Assembly (NCBI RefSeq): GCF_006345805.1
Contig: NC_042998.1
Coordinates: 93,496,001 to 93,560,000 of the forward strand
DNA from: Octopus sinensis
Lineage: Eukaryota
Direction: 5' to 3'
Length of the DNA stretch: 64,000 nucleotides
Positions 23,198-36,090 of this stretch are shown here, in pieces (the stretch's first letter is position 1; the number at the start of each line of letters is the position of its first letter). The position numbers were made by a program, and so were the translations under genes. The notes beneath the pieces were generated by a model. That model had not been told where the DNA came from. It made no database searches and saw only the letters and a program-made list of their open reading frames with translations.

Positions 23198-25305
23198 TGC
23201 TGGACAATATTATGAGATGCGACACATCATAGAGAGTGGGCAGTAGAGATATTTTCGCTAAAACTTTATCATCTTATATCTGCCGAATTTATTTGATAGA
23301 GGTAGCCATAAGTGCCTGGTAGTTGTCCTAAGCGTGACTGGTTTTGTGCCTCTCTTTAGAGGTTGAATCATAGTATTATTTTGCAGATTCCTATCGGAGG
23401 TCAGGAGAAATGAGAACTTGTCAAAAATATGTTATGCCTCACGATCAATCAGGGATGTTTGAAAGCTTCTGCGTCACTGTTGTGTGTTCTCCTCACCCCT
23501 AAAAAAAATTCTCTTTTACTGCGGAAGATGGATAAACTAAAAGATTTTCAAATTGTATTGGTACGCAAGGAAGCGTTGTCTGTAGAGGTAAAATACACAA
23601 TAAGTATGGCGTCGGAAATGCACCAGTTTGGAGAAAATTGAGTTAGTAACAGATGCATTAATTAACTTGACTAAGCCGGTATATGTCATGTATTAGCCAG
23701 TGCTTGTCAGAGGATCAATTATCTTGCTTGGAGTCTAGTTTGATCTGGACATCCAGACCAAACTGAATGTTCAGATGGATAGAAACTTTAATTAGATTAC
23801 CACTAGAATAACCTGCTTCACTCAGAACAAGATGAGGGCAATTTGACAATAAAAGATCATTTGGAGATGAGGTGTATTTTTATCACTTCAGTGTTTTTTG
23901 TTGTATTTTTGGTTTTTTTTTTTTTGCTCTTCCTTTTACCAAACCTAGTATATTATATTACTTTTCACCGAATTACTAATATTTTTTTTTAGCAATAGAC
24001 TAATTGCTTTGGTAAAAAAAAAATATCTTTGTTCAACAACCACTCGTGGGCGTCTTAGGATGCCATAACCTAGGATTAACAGACATTGCGAGGGTTCCAG
24101 GACGATGATAGATGTTGTCCTCTTCTGAAAAACATTCAATCTACAGTTCATATCAACTAAATTACAATCAAGCCCAAACTTTGGTGAAGGACGGTAGCTT
24201 GACAATTATTTCAAATGTCTACGACAAAACGCAGGATGGACCCAACTCTCAGTTAAATTAACTTTAGTTGAAGTATTGCGACCGATTGAATTGATCATCC
24301 CTGTCACGCGAAATACGTGGTTTTTTAGAATGCTAGATTAAAGGTCTTACTGTATTCGTAACATCTTGAACAGTAAGATCGTTTAAAAGAACGTTAATGA
24401 TCGGAACCTTGGTTTTCAGAGCTGACATCTTGTTGCGGAATATGGTATTTCCTTCTGAGAAAAAAATGGAGCTCGAATCTGTCGGCTTAAAATTTTTTTT
24501 CCACTTAGAAAATGACCTTGTGCTTAATTAAGAAATATACCGCTACGTAATACAGAAAGTAGGTAAGGGGATCTCAAATTGGAGCTCAAATTTCACGGGT
24601 GTGAACTAAATTCATTAATTATTGTTGTAACCGAACTTCACACACACTCAATTACAATACACACATATCTACCTACGCATAAAGAAAATTGCTCTCTGGC
24701 ACTTTTTGATGTTTGGCATTCAATATCTTATTTTTCATTTGTTTCTAGTACACTCTTCATTCAATACAAATGTTAGACGAAAAGTAAATTAGTTAAATGT
24801 AAAGTTTTTCCCTATCCTGTTTAGTATTACTGTGAACATCTCATGTAACTATTAAATGATTCAGCTCTCCTTTAATAGATATGGGTGCCACGGAATATGA
24901 ACAACACGTCATTGTTGATAGCTATAGGACTTTAGAAAAACGTTTGAAAATAGCAACCAAACCTCCCTCGAGTAGATTCTACAGTATGAGATAATAAAAA
25001 ACAAAACAAAAACGACACGTTAGACAATGTTTCCCTATGTACTTTGAAATGATGGGGCGGTCACGGTTGAACATAGGTCTGTTTGATCATGGCAGATCTG
25101 TGACCAACAATCTCGTCATCACCATCAACAGCGGCAACAACAACTAAAACAAAAACAACAATAGTTGCAAAACTGTAAGAATGCTTTGCTAGTTTGGAGG
25201 AATGAGTGCAACTATAAGTGCAGTCAGAGCTTGGAAGGGGATGGCTCCTTCCGAAAAAACCTACATGTCCTAAGTATGCGGCACGAAAGTGAAGTCTTCA
25301 CGTAA

Positions 25306-26448
25306 TATGATGTTACGCATTGTGATATAAAATTATGAAATTAGAAAATAAGTTTAAATAATTAAGAGCTAACATTATAAAATTAAAGCATGATGAAATT
25401 AACTTTACCCAGAACAAGTCTAATACTATTAATTCAGTTGAAAAGCACAGAAACGCGCTAGTAGATAGAAAGTCTAGAGTGAGGTTCCAAAGCTGTAGTC
25501 CTCCCCTACATTTATCACGGGATGAAGATTGTTTTAAAAACAAACAGTGATAAATGAATCATTTTCACGCACTTTGTAAATGGAACGATTGGTAGATTCA
25601 ATATCTTCCACTGCGATGTGGAAGTTGACATTTCTTTTAGAGAAAAACATGGGGTTCGAATCTGCCGGCTTTAAAATGGTAGATTCAATGACAGCTTCCT
25701 CTGTCACATATTTTCAGTAGAGAATAAATACACTTGTGTTCATCGTTTGTTTGAACCAGATGCCTCCATACTTTTTCAATTCACTTCTAGGTACAGTACC
25801 TGAATCCGTTAAAAAAAATAGCAAATCTCACGCACTTCTAGAGAGCTGAGTATGTTGATAGTCACTGGAGCGTGCTTATGATGTTACGCATTGTGATATA
25901 AAATTATGAAATTAGAAAATAAGTTTAAATAATTAAGAGCTAACATTATAAAATTAAGCAGATGAAATTAACTTTACCCAGAACAAGTCTAATTACTATT
26001 AATTCAGTTGAAAAGCAACAGAAACGCGCTAGATAGATAAGTCTAGAGTGAGGTTCCAAAGCTGTAGTCCTCCCCTACATTTATCACGGGATGAAGATTG
26101 TTTTAAAAACAAACAGTGATAAATGAATCATTTTCACGCACTTTGTAAATGGAACGATTGGTAGATTCAATATCTTCCACTGCGATGTGGAAGTTGACAT
26201 TTCTTTTAGAGAAAAACATGGGGTTCGAATCTGCCGGCTTTAAAATGGTAGATTCAATGACAGCTTCCTCTGTCACATATTTTCATGTAGAGAATAAATA
26301 CACTTGTGTTCATCGTTTGTTTGAACCAGATGCCTCCATACTTTTTCAATTCACTTCTAGGTACGAGTACCTGAATCCGTTAAAAAAATACGCAATCTCA
26401 CGGCACTTCTAGAGAGCTGAGTACTGTTGATAGTCACTGGAGCGTGCT
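25306..26448. repeat. Exact-junction tandem duplication of about 571 bp (25306-25876 and 25877-26448)
   Basis: The copies differ almost only by single-base indels. Confidence 0.9.
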
Positions 26449-26979
26449 TTGCGATATAAGCAGAATCGTCGAATGATCGCCGACCCATATTATCACAATC
26501 TGTGATAAGCGAAACATGGTTCACAACTGAGTATACTGTGTTATCCCGGGTGGATGAATCAACAATAAACGAGGCTACATGTATTAGCTGCTTTTCGAAT
26601 GCCTAAAATGGCAAATGCGTTTTCACTAGTCTTTTTTTCAGGAGTAATTCACTGTAACAAGATATTATGCTCGAAATATCTCTGTTTGCACTGCTGCCGC
26701 GCAAACAAGCTGGATCATTCTTAGTAAACTAGTTAGTAGTTTTTGCAATTTTGATGATATTGTCAGTAGTAAGAATTATCTCATACGCCGAATCTTTGCT
26801 AGCTTCCAACCAACTCAACACGAAGTTTTACATCCAGTGATGCTTTTCTTCGGCACCTTGGGTAAACGTTCAGTATTTCAAGCTAGAGGTAGTGTGAGCA
26901 ATTGGGATCAGTGTGGGAGTATGCATGACTGTAGAACATAGTTTATTGCAAGTTAATATAGAAATGGAGATTATTTTTA

Positions 26980-27471
26980 CGAGGTGCATTCCAGAAGTCC
27001 ACTGGAACGTCATGATAATCCTCTGTTTCGACAGCAAGGGAATCATTTACAACCACTTGGTTTCCTCTGGCCAAGCGCTCAACAAAGAGTACTTTCTAAA
27101 GGTTTTAGGGAGTTCTGGAAGATATTTCGATCCAAAAGATCAGAGAACCTGCATCAAGACAATGTACCACTCCACAATTCAATCTTAGTACCAACTACTG
27201 GACCGAGATGGGTATCAGGACTGTTCTTCACTCTCCCTACAGTCCAGGCTCCTTGTGACATTGAGAACATTGAGAAGACGGAGGCTATGACTAGGGTCTT
27301 GGACACCTTCACTTTGGAAGACACCTGTTGGGCCTTCGCGAACGGGCTGGAGTGCTACAAGTGCAATAAAATCAGAGGCTCTTACTCTGATGGAGATTGG
27401 AGTCCTGTATTCCTTTGAAATGATTAAAAATCTCTCCTAGAAAAGTTTTAAAACTTCTGGAACGCACCTCA
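26980..27471 (+). mobile_element. Deleted mariner (DD34D-type) element
   Basis: TA|CGAGGTGCATTCCAGAAGT ... ACTTCTGGAACGCACCTCA|TA. Remnant MIILCFDSKGIIYNHLVSSGQALNKEYFLKVL..LHQDNVPLHNS. Confidence 0.85.
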
Positions 27472-27560
27472 TAGTTGGTTATACAGCTAAAAATAGTGTC
27501 CAAGAAAAAAGAGCGCTATAACAAATCAACACTACTCTTAGGGAAGTATCTATTTGATTA

Positions 27561-28203
27561 CTAGCAATACATCCCGGCATTGCCCGGGTGTTATGATCTA
27601 CAGCCACATTATATTTGTTCCTTTCTTGTGGGCAGAATCGGCACAGCTGATATATAGTGAACTGAATTACTGGCGTAATGGAAGTTATTGTTTGTCTGAA
27701 AGTGAAGGGGAAGGGTACAATTTGCATGGGTTTGCTTAAAAGTACTTTCTGTTCTTAAGAAGAATCACAAACTATGTAGTATTTCATCGTATAAGAGGGG
27801 GGGGGTCATACAATCTTGTCCAGAAATTCCTTTTTCAAAATTTTAATTACCCTCCGTCCCCATCTCACTTTCTTAATTTGTAACTTTTTACGAATTTTTT
27901 TATTCACGTAGAAAAAATACAGAGGTTACGAGTCTGAGAAATATATATATTTTTTTAAAGTTTGATTTTTCTTAAAGAAACACTCAATGCCCCTTCCCCC
28001 ACCTTACCCACCAATCACCTACCCGCTTTCAAAACGCTAAAAATGTCTAATGTATGCCGCATGCGAGAATTGTACTGAAATAGCAGGAGTAAAAAATACC
28101 AGACAACCACCAGAAAACCCGACATGTTAAAAACAACAGGGAAACGACATTATTTCTGAAAAAACGTCCCCGCTTTCCTAATCTCCTGTATCGAAAATAT
28201 AGA
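27561..28203 (-). mobile_element. Non-autonomous Helitron
   Basis: Minus strand reads A|TCTATATTTT (5' TC at 28203) to hairpin CCCGGGCAATGCCGGG and CTAG|T (27561-27564). The 3' end is clear; the 5' end is less certain. Confidence 0.65.
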
Positions 28204-29213
28204 TATCGGAAGAAATTTAAGAAAAAAATAAAGTGGAGTGGAGCGCAAAGGTCACCTCGGACATGTTAGAAACGACAGATAAAGGACAAGATTTCTGGGG
28301 AAAACTTCCTTTAGAGTTTATATCGAAGATCAGGTTTTTAAATATGCTCATCATAAACACAAATTACAGAATAGAAAAAAGGTCATTTCAATTGGATTTG
28401 AGCTGTAATTTTGCGCATGCACACAAGAAATAACATAATTTGTTCAGATATTTTACCTAGAGAATGTGTGTGTGCGTGTGTGTATGTGTGTGTGTTCATG
28501 TGTGTGCCAAAGAAGTTATTTTATAGCATTCTTTCGTCTGAAGCAACAAAGTTGTCGACTCGATCATATGATTTTTCGTTAATTTCCGTAAAAGTTTCTT
28601 ATTTCTTTGTGCTTTGAAGAGAGCAGAAATTGAAAGAGAAGAAAATGGGAAAAGGTGACATTTGCTTTGAAGTGAGAGTGGAAAGTAAAAAGAGAAAGTG
28701 AAAGGTGTATGTACGGATATATGAAATGGACGTGTGTGTGTGTGTGTGTGCGTGCGTGTGGGTGTGTGCATGAGAGAGAGTGAGTAAAGACATGTGCTGT
28801 CAGGTATGTATTTTTTCATGTACTGTTTATTCAAAGAGTTGGGGGGTTGGTGGGGGGTGTGGAAGGCACTTGGTGGGTTGTGTATAAGTAATAGTAGAGT
28901 AAGCAGCGCTTTTCTTATAGTACAGGGTAGAAACATTACTTTCATTATTCACACATCGTCACTCACGTAATGCAACACTTTGTAATTTTGGTTCAAATTG
29001 AAAGTGTGAAACTATTTTTAACTTTCTAATGAAACCTGGTTGTTCTAGAGCAGTGTCATCCAAATAACTATAGCTGGTTGTTCAAATAAAGTAGAAAATA
29101 TGTAAATGAAAATAAAGTCTCTTTGGTAGCCGAAAGATTACTGAATGTTTTGATACCCCGTACATCAAAATCGGCAGCTCAGTTTTCGAATGCAGAAGGA
29201 ACATACGCATGCA

Positions 29214-29301
<88 letters not shown>

Positions 29302-29854
29302 AACAAACTCTCTTTTATTTATATTGATAAAGTATTTATTTTACTAAACCCGACGAGAAGTGGTGATTCGTCACAGAATTTAGACATGCTATAAAACTTT
29401 AAATATGTAGAAACTTTAGTTCTAACGTTCTGCAATTTCGATCATCAACAACGCCTTTGCTTCTTCCTCAAGAAATAATATATATTATATATATAATCTT
29501 ATATATGTGGATGTTTTTGTAAAAAAATAAATAAAATAACATTTAGTTGGATACCATATGGTTTCTTATTTCTAATTTTGATGTTCGCATTTCCTAATTT
29601 ATACATAGTAAGTGTTAGCTTCAATGGGGAGGTGTTAAAATACATTATATATACCGACATGACAGTGACAGACACATATGCATGCATACCTGCACACACA
29701 TACATGCAAATATACCCTCTCACACACAGAAATACATATGTGTATACACACAGAAATACATACATACATACATACATACATACATACATACATACATACA
29801 TGCATACATACACGCACACATAATTATACCTACGCACGCGCGCGCGCACACACA

Positions 29855-29912
<58 letters not shown>

Positions 29913-30674
29913 GAACACATGTATTGAACATTCACATATATATAATCACGCGACATTAAAGTTGAAATAATGAAAACTTGAATTCAAGGATTGTTTTAAT
30001 TGGTTTTTGAAATAAATAAAAATCAAATTTTCCCAAAATTACTTTGCAAATGTTTTCTTGTTTTATATAAGCTGTTCTGAATTAGTAAAATGAAATCTGT
30101 TACTTGAGTTAATGAGTAGTAAGCGAGTTTTAGATTTCACCTTTCAATTTCTATTTAAAATATTCGAATTTATGTTTCAGGCTTGAACCCTGCTATTTAT
30201 TTATTTATTTCATTATTTTTGTCAGACAAAAGTAACACTACGAAAAAACCCAGAACGCACACTAAAAAGGAAAAGTATATATATTTATTTCCCATGACCA
30301 TTATATTGCTGTTAGGTTCTTTCCTTTAATAAAAATGTAAAAGCAATACAAAACAAAACAAAACTACTTATTAAGCTCCTGTTTTAAAGGTTTTCTTTTT
30401 TTTTTCTTCGGAGTTATCTGACTACAAATTAAAGAGCTGTGTATAAGACCTTTTTTTTTTTCTAACATTTTTGATATAATATTACGTGTATCTGTATACG
30501 TGCATGCAATTACGCAAACACGCAGACACACACACACGTACACAAACATACATACATACATTCATACATACATAAATACACATCCCAAATATGGAGCCCT
30601 ATATCTTTGTTGGGAACCGGCTCCCTCCTCAGTGGAACATTTATAATAATTAAAAATAGAAGATACATACATAC

Positions 30675-30715
<41 letters not shown>

Positions 30716-31317
30716 ATATATATATATATATATATACAGATTTTCTATAGAATTTAGAGCCAACACCGAAAGTTACGACGTTTCGTATATGGATACGCCT
30801 ATGTAAACAATGCAATCAAAGATAAAAAAAAAAAGGTAATGTGTGTATGCCTATTTCCGGAGTTCTTGCTCCTTCTGCAGCACCACATCCAACTCAGTAA
30901 CCATCCATGAACACATTGCTTAAATATAGCATTATAACACTATAGGATATACCAATTTTACATATTAAGCATTACTGGCAACTGATACGTACATATATTA
31001 ATTGTTGGTAGGGAGATTGTATTTCGTTTTGCAACCATATTATACTGCGTCCTATTGCATTGTTTACGTAGGCGTATTTGTATGCTTTTAATACTGGCTT
31101 TGAATTATATAGGAAATCTGTAGCGATGCACTTGAAAAAAAATGAAAACAACGCACTGCTAACACAAAGTAGGACGCAATATTGACTCATGAACCTTTAA
31201 TATACTTGGTAGTATAAAATGGTTGCAAAACTAAATACGATCGTCACATTTAGAAAAGATACACATACACATACCAGAAATACATACACACACATACCAG
31301 AAATACACACACACTCA

Positions 31318-31387
<70 letters not shown>

Positions 31388-33099
31388 ATACATATTCCAA
31401 ATTGTAACCACATGTGGACTGTTGGCGATTTTTTCTTTCGTCTTCCTTTTTTCTTAGGTTTTCCTCTGCCTCCTGTTTCTGAAAAAGAGCTTTGCTCGAA
31501 ACGTAAAACACCCTTTCTTTCCTTCTGCGAGCGTCTTATTAATACTTTGCATGTACCACGTCCACGCATTGTTGTTTTTTCTTGTCTTTTTCTCCGTATA
31601 TATGTGTGTGTGTGTGTAAATGTAAGATCCGAGGATTGAAGTGTAGGAAGAAAGTTATCTTTTAGAAATCCGCAGTGAATGTAAAAAAACTTTCAGTATC
31701 AGTAGTAGTTTATTGAGACGGAAGGTTGAGGATTTTCTCTTCTATCGAAGAACGAGGAGTTGAAAAAAGGTATTTTATATTCCTCAGTAGGCAACCAGGG
31801 TTGCTGAGTGTGCAAAAAAGAATACAAGACTTACAAAATGGAGTATGAGAAATCCGGGCTACATATGTTTCATAGCGAGTGGAACCTCAGAAGTGGTAAA
31901 ATCCAAGTGAGGTGTATACTGCCGGCTACTCATCCGGCCAAGGATAGTCCACTCGCTATGAAACATATATAGCCCGGGTTTCCCATGCTAAATTCCGTAA
32001 CTCTTGCATATGTATGTATGTATATTATGCAAGTATGTATGTGTGTGTATGTATGTATTGTATTTACTGCATAACTCGAAGTTTTAAAAATATCTGCGAG
32101 TAATGACATGTAGAATATGGGGCTTAAAAAAGCCTCGGTGGCAAGGGGTCGAAAGCTGCTTGTGAGATAAGGATCTACATATTCGGTGAACAGGACAAGT
32201 GTACTAACCAAAGATCAAAGCAACATTTAGATTTTTCTCCATTCATTTTAGAAGGTTTGTTCTTCTAACCAGCGAGAATTGTATGTTGTTTACATAACAA
32301 GAATTAAGAAAGGTTGAGAGAATTGAAATACATTTTCTTTTTACGATAGAACTTGGAGTTGATAAAGCTACACATAACAGTGTGCAGAATATTGGGCAAA
32401 AATAACCTGGATGGAAAAAAAGGGTGCTCGTGGGATTCTCCCCTACCTTTTCTCTAAGACGCATTAACAATCATACCAAAGCAACATTTCTTATTGTGGT
32501 AGAGAATTGTGTAGCTCAAAATTAGTAGCTTTTTCTGTATTATTTTGTTTCGAGAAAAAAAAAGTATTTTTGCTTTGTTTCTGCATTCTACGAGATATTT
32601 CGTCATTGTTCAAGTGTAATAGTTTCATTATCTGAAAGTGGTATTAAAAATGACTGAAAATAAAGCTAAAATGAATGGAGAAAATTCGAAGTGTTGCTTT
32701 CGTGTAATTGTCAGCACGTCTCTCATATTCGCAGAAGATGTGGGTTCGAATCCACCAGACAGCCTTTGACCTGAGTTAGTTTTGTTTAATCCAATATTCC
32801 ACACGTTTTTATTTATAACTTCATCAACATCCAGTTCCGCTGTAATAAAATAATTTCATTTCTCTCGCAGTTTCTAAAATCCAATAATGTAAACATAAAT
32901 ATATACATATGTACACACATAAGTGTGAGGATGTGTTGTAGGGCTGTGTACGTAGGGTGCACCCACACACAGACACACATCATCATCATTATCATCATCA
33001 CCATCAAAATCATCATCATCATCAAATGGAATCTATTAGACACTCCATTGTCAGGATCAGGCTTCATACTTTAAAGGGAGGATAATTATTTTACTTTAC

Positions 33100-33590
33100 A
33101 TTACACCATCCCCTTCAGAAGTGTTTCTTCTCCTTCATAGGAATCTAAAATTGTCTTCTCTAGTCCTGTACATTGTGAGCTGCTGTCTCATTTTCCTGTC
33201 GATGTCTTTCAGATTTATAAAGAATACTGCTCTCAAGCTGATTGCCCGAATGATGCTTTCCGCATTCAATTTGGATTTCAGAATCTTTATCGAAGATGTA
33301 CTTGCATAGCAAGTGTTTTGATCAGAGATCATATGCTGAAACTAAAGCGATTGCAGCGTAGAAGACATAAGTTATCCGTTAACAGGTCACAGCTTCGAGC
33401 GAAGAAAAGTTTGACGCCATATTGTAAATAGATATTTGAGCGAAGTTGACAGTCTTTGTGAATTTCTGAATGGCTAACTTTTGCCTTCCACGCTAGAACC
33501 TTTATACGAAAATATTTTTTGCTGAGGGCTTCCTTCATTTCTATGCTTTTGATTTTGTTACTTTCTAGCATTCCCAGTTACTTATACTTT
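33100..33590 (-). mobile_element. R4/Dong-clade LINE reverse-transcriptase C-terminal remnant, split by an insert of about 200 bp
   Basis: KYK*LGMLESNKIKSIEMKEALSKKYFR / IKILKSKLNAESIIRAISLRAV..LKDIDRKMRQQLTMYR resembles the YKYLG..KILKSKLN..DRKTRKLLTM signature of R4/Dong elements. Confidence 0.7.
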
Positions 33591-33591
33591 A

Positions 33592-33962
33592 TTTTTTTAT
33601 ACTTTGCTTGTTTCAGTCACTTGACTGTGGCCATGCTGGGGTACTGCCTTGAAAAGTTTTAGCCGAACAAATCGACCCCAAGACTTTTTAAAGCGTAATA
33701 CTTATTCTATCGGTCTCTTTGGACGAACCACTAAGTTACATCAACACCGGTTGTTAAATGGTGATGGAAGACAAACACAGACACAAAGACACACACACAC
33801 ACATGCACATACATGTATATACGACGGGCTTCTTTCAGTTTCCATCTCCCAAATCCGAGGCTATAGTAGAAGACACTTGCCCAAGGTATCGTGCTGTGGG
33901 ACTGAACCTGGAACCATGTGGTTGGGAAGCAAGCTTCTTACCATACAGTCACGTCTTCAACA
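33592..33962 (-). mobile_element. SINE family A
   Basis: Family match with small internal deletions. Confidence 0.85.
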
Positions 33963-34044
33963 CTTAATGATTTTTAAAAAATATTAACTGGTGGAATCAT
34001 GAGACTCGGAAAAACTGTATTGCAACAATTATTCCAACATTAAT

Positions 34045-34175
34045 ATCCTGAGTTCACATCCTGCCGAGCATTTCATCCTTTTGGGGTCGATAAAATAAAA
34101 TACTAGATCGATGGAATAGACTTACCCCTTCTCTCAAAATTGCTGGCTTTTTGTCTAAATCAAAACTAATTATTA

Positions 34176-34230
<55 letters not shown>
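34045..34230 (+). mobile_element. Family B SINE fragment with (ATT)n tail
   Basis: CTGAGTTCACATCCTGCCGAG..TTTCATCCTTTTGGGGTCGATAAAATAA followed by an ATT array. Confidence 0.7.
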
Positions 34231-34231
<1 letters not shown>

Positions 34232-34742
34232 GCGTGAGAGAGCAGTGCATGCCATCGAAGTGACACTGGGATACAAATATACGAAGCTAAATATACCCAT
34301 CATGACTACCCGTCTGATAAGGGCACACCAGGTAATACATCATAACCGTATGTGCACGACATGGTGATCTAATATCAGCGCATGACCTTGCAGGTGGGGC
34401 CCAGTTAGAATTTTCTTCAGGTCGAGTAGCCCATTCTGCTCAAAAGATCCCTGAATAAGGGTTTTTAAGGATGATGAACGAAACACCCATGCTTCCAGAG
34501 TTGAATTAGCCAAACCTCAAAGAATTTCTCTCAACACATGGCTATGATGCTTCCCCACTACATCTGCTCGTGATCAGAGCTGCACATATCGTCAGACATT
34601 AAGGGACATGTTCAACTGGCTTGGGTCAAGCAACTGACAAGCAAATCTTTGGTATTGAACAGAATATTATATTTGCTGTAGCCCATCTTTTATACCAAGA
34701 CAAGTCAATGTACATGATAGCACTTCCAATCAGTTAAGATCA
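34231..34742 (-). mobile_element. Unclassified retroposon-like repeat of about 510 bp bounded by (ATT)n arrays on both sides
   Basis: GC-richer block; the minus-strand 3' end ..GCACTGCTCTCTCACGC runs directly into (AAT)n. Confidence 0.5.
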
Positions 34743-34790
<48 letters not shown>

Positions 34791-34815
34791 GTTATTATTA
34801 TTATTATTATTATTG

Positions 34816-34878
<63 letters not shown>

Positions 34879-34916
34879 TATTATTATTGTTATTAATATT
34901 ATTATTATTATTATTA

Positions 34917-34952
<36 letters not shown>

Positions 34953-34965
34953 TATTAGAATTGCT
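34743..34965. repeat. Long (ATT)n microsatellite
   Basis: Direct reading. Confidence 0.95.
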
Positions 34966-35149
34966 ATTATTATCGTTGTCGTCAACCTCTTTGTTGTTGT
35001 TTCAGTAGTCTTATTCTTACTGCATGTTTTCACAACTACTCAGCCAACTCTACGTACCTAAAATTCGTGCAATATTTTACTTCTGAGTTTTTCTTTTGCA
35101 TTGGTCATACTCTATATGCTGCGTTTCCAATGACTGTTGGAGATTTTTT

Positions 35150-36090
35150 ATGTATATTGAAAAACCAGAGTTAGTGAATGCATGCATACATCGTCTCTAT
35201 TATTTACTACCTTCCAACCGTCAAGCTTTGCTCTAGTTCTCATCTGACCAGGTCGGTGCGTCTGCTCCTTCGCTTCTTGTGGAAGCATTCTACTGGAAAG
35301 AGGATCGTCTCCTAGAAAAATCTTTACACGCTCAATAAACCGTGGCTGATGATACGCAAGCTTGAGATGTAGCTGCAATGTCTATGGAGCTTTGTGGGCA
35401 GTGAGAAAGTGTAGCCACGTTTTCAGGCATGTTTTCCAGTAGTTTGTCTATTTAATAGAACTTGTAATTAGTCAGCAAAAATTATCCTTAGCTCTGGACA
35501 ACTACTGTCGGGCAAAGCAGTTTATGATAGATAGGCCAACCTTTGCATTCAGTAAAAGATTAATGGTGGAGAAGAGCAACGACTTTCTCGGTGAGATTCT
35601 TAGCGACGACACGATAAACTTGATAAAAGTCTATTCCCAGATTGCCAGCGGATTTACAACTCTGGGATAATAAATAATTTTCAGGAATCTCTTACGTGGT
35701 TGTGTTATGGGAAGGACAAAGCATTCCAGATTCAGGATAAGCTCTAGAAGCACGGAAATATTGTTAGCCCGATGTACAAGTTCAGTGCATAAGTATGTTG
35801 GCTTGTGCATATGTTGAACAGCTGTTGTCGTATATAAGTCCATCGTAAGGATCGCCCTATCACCCTCCTTTGACCGACAAAGGAAAGTGGGTTTTCTTTG
35901 TCTGCTATCTATAATAAAAATGATTATATGGCGGAAGCAATTGAAAAGACTGAAAACGGAGACTACTTTGCGGCCAACCTCGTTATAAGCTTCTTGAAGA
36001 GCCACTTTGAGTGGAATGTAGAAGTGGAGAAAAACGTGCTGCCTGTCAGTAAATTTACTAAAGGGTAGGTGAGAGTGGTGAGTAGATTAT
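35150..36090 (+). mobile_element. Old, heavily decayed Tx1-clade LINE fragment (not shown in the ORF track)
   Basis: Manual translation aligns colinearly with the Tx1 at 49755-51399: IIYYLPTVKLC..LLRFLWK; PWLMIRKLEM*LQCLW versus PWLLMRKHALRLRHLW; NFQESLTWLCY versus NFQKSMAWQCY; FLKSHFEWNVEVEKNVL..F..*VRV versus FIFHLKRKVRLERRCL..F..WLHV. Confidence 0.8.

Noticed and set aside
26984-27418. 144-aa ORF
   Set aside because: Off-frame and frameshifted reading of a deleted mariner element.
28496-28945. 149-aa ORF
   Set aside because: Low-complexity purine-rich and microsatellite sequence; no domain or splice support.
29051-29160. Possible tiny hAT MITE (TCTAGAG|CAGTGTCATCCAAA .. TTTGATACCCC)
   Set aside because: Termini are too degenerate and there is no matching TSD.
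32690-32765. tRNA-like sequence with GGTTCGAATCC
   Set aside because: No intact cloverleaf; most likely a decayed SINE head. The same applies to the SINE heads at 40478, 53264 and 54691. No true tRNA gene is called.
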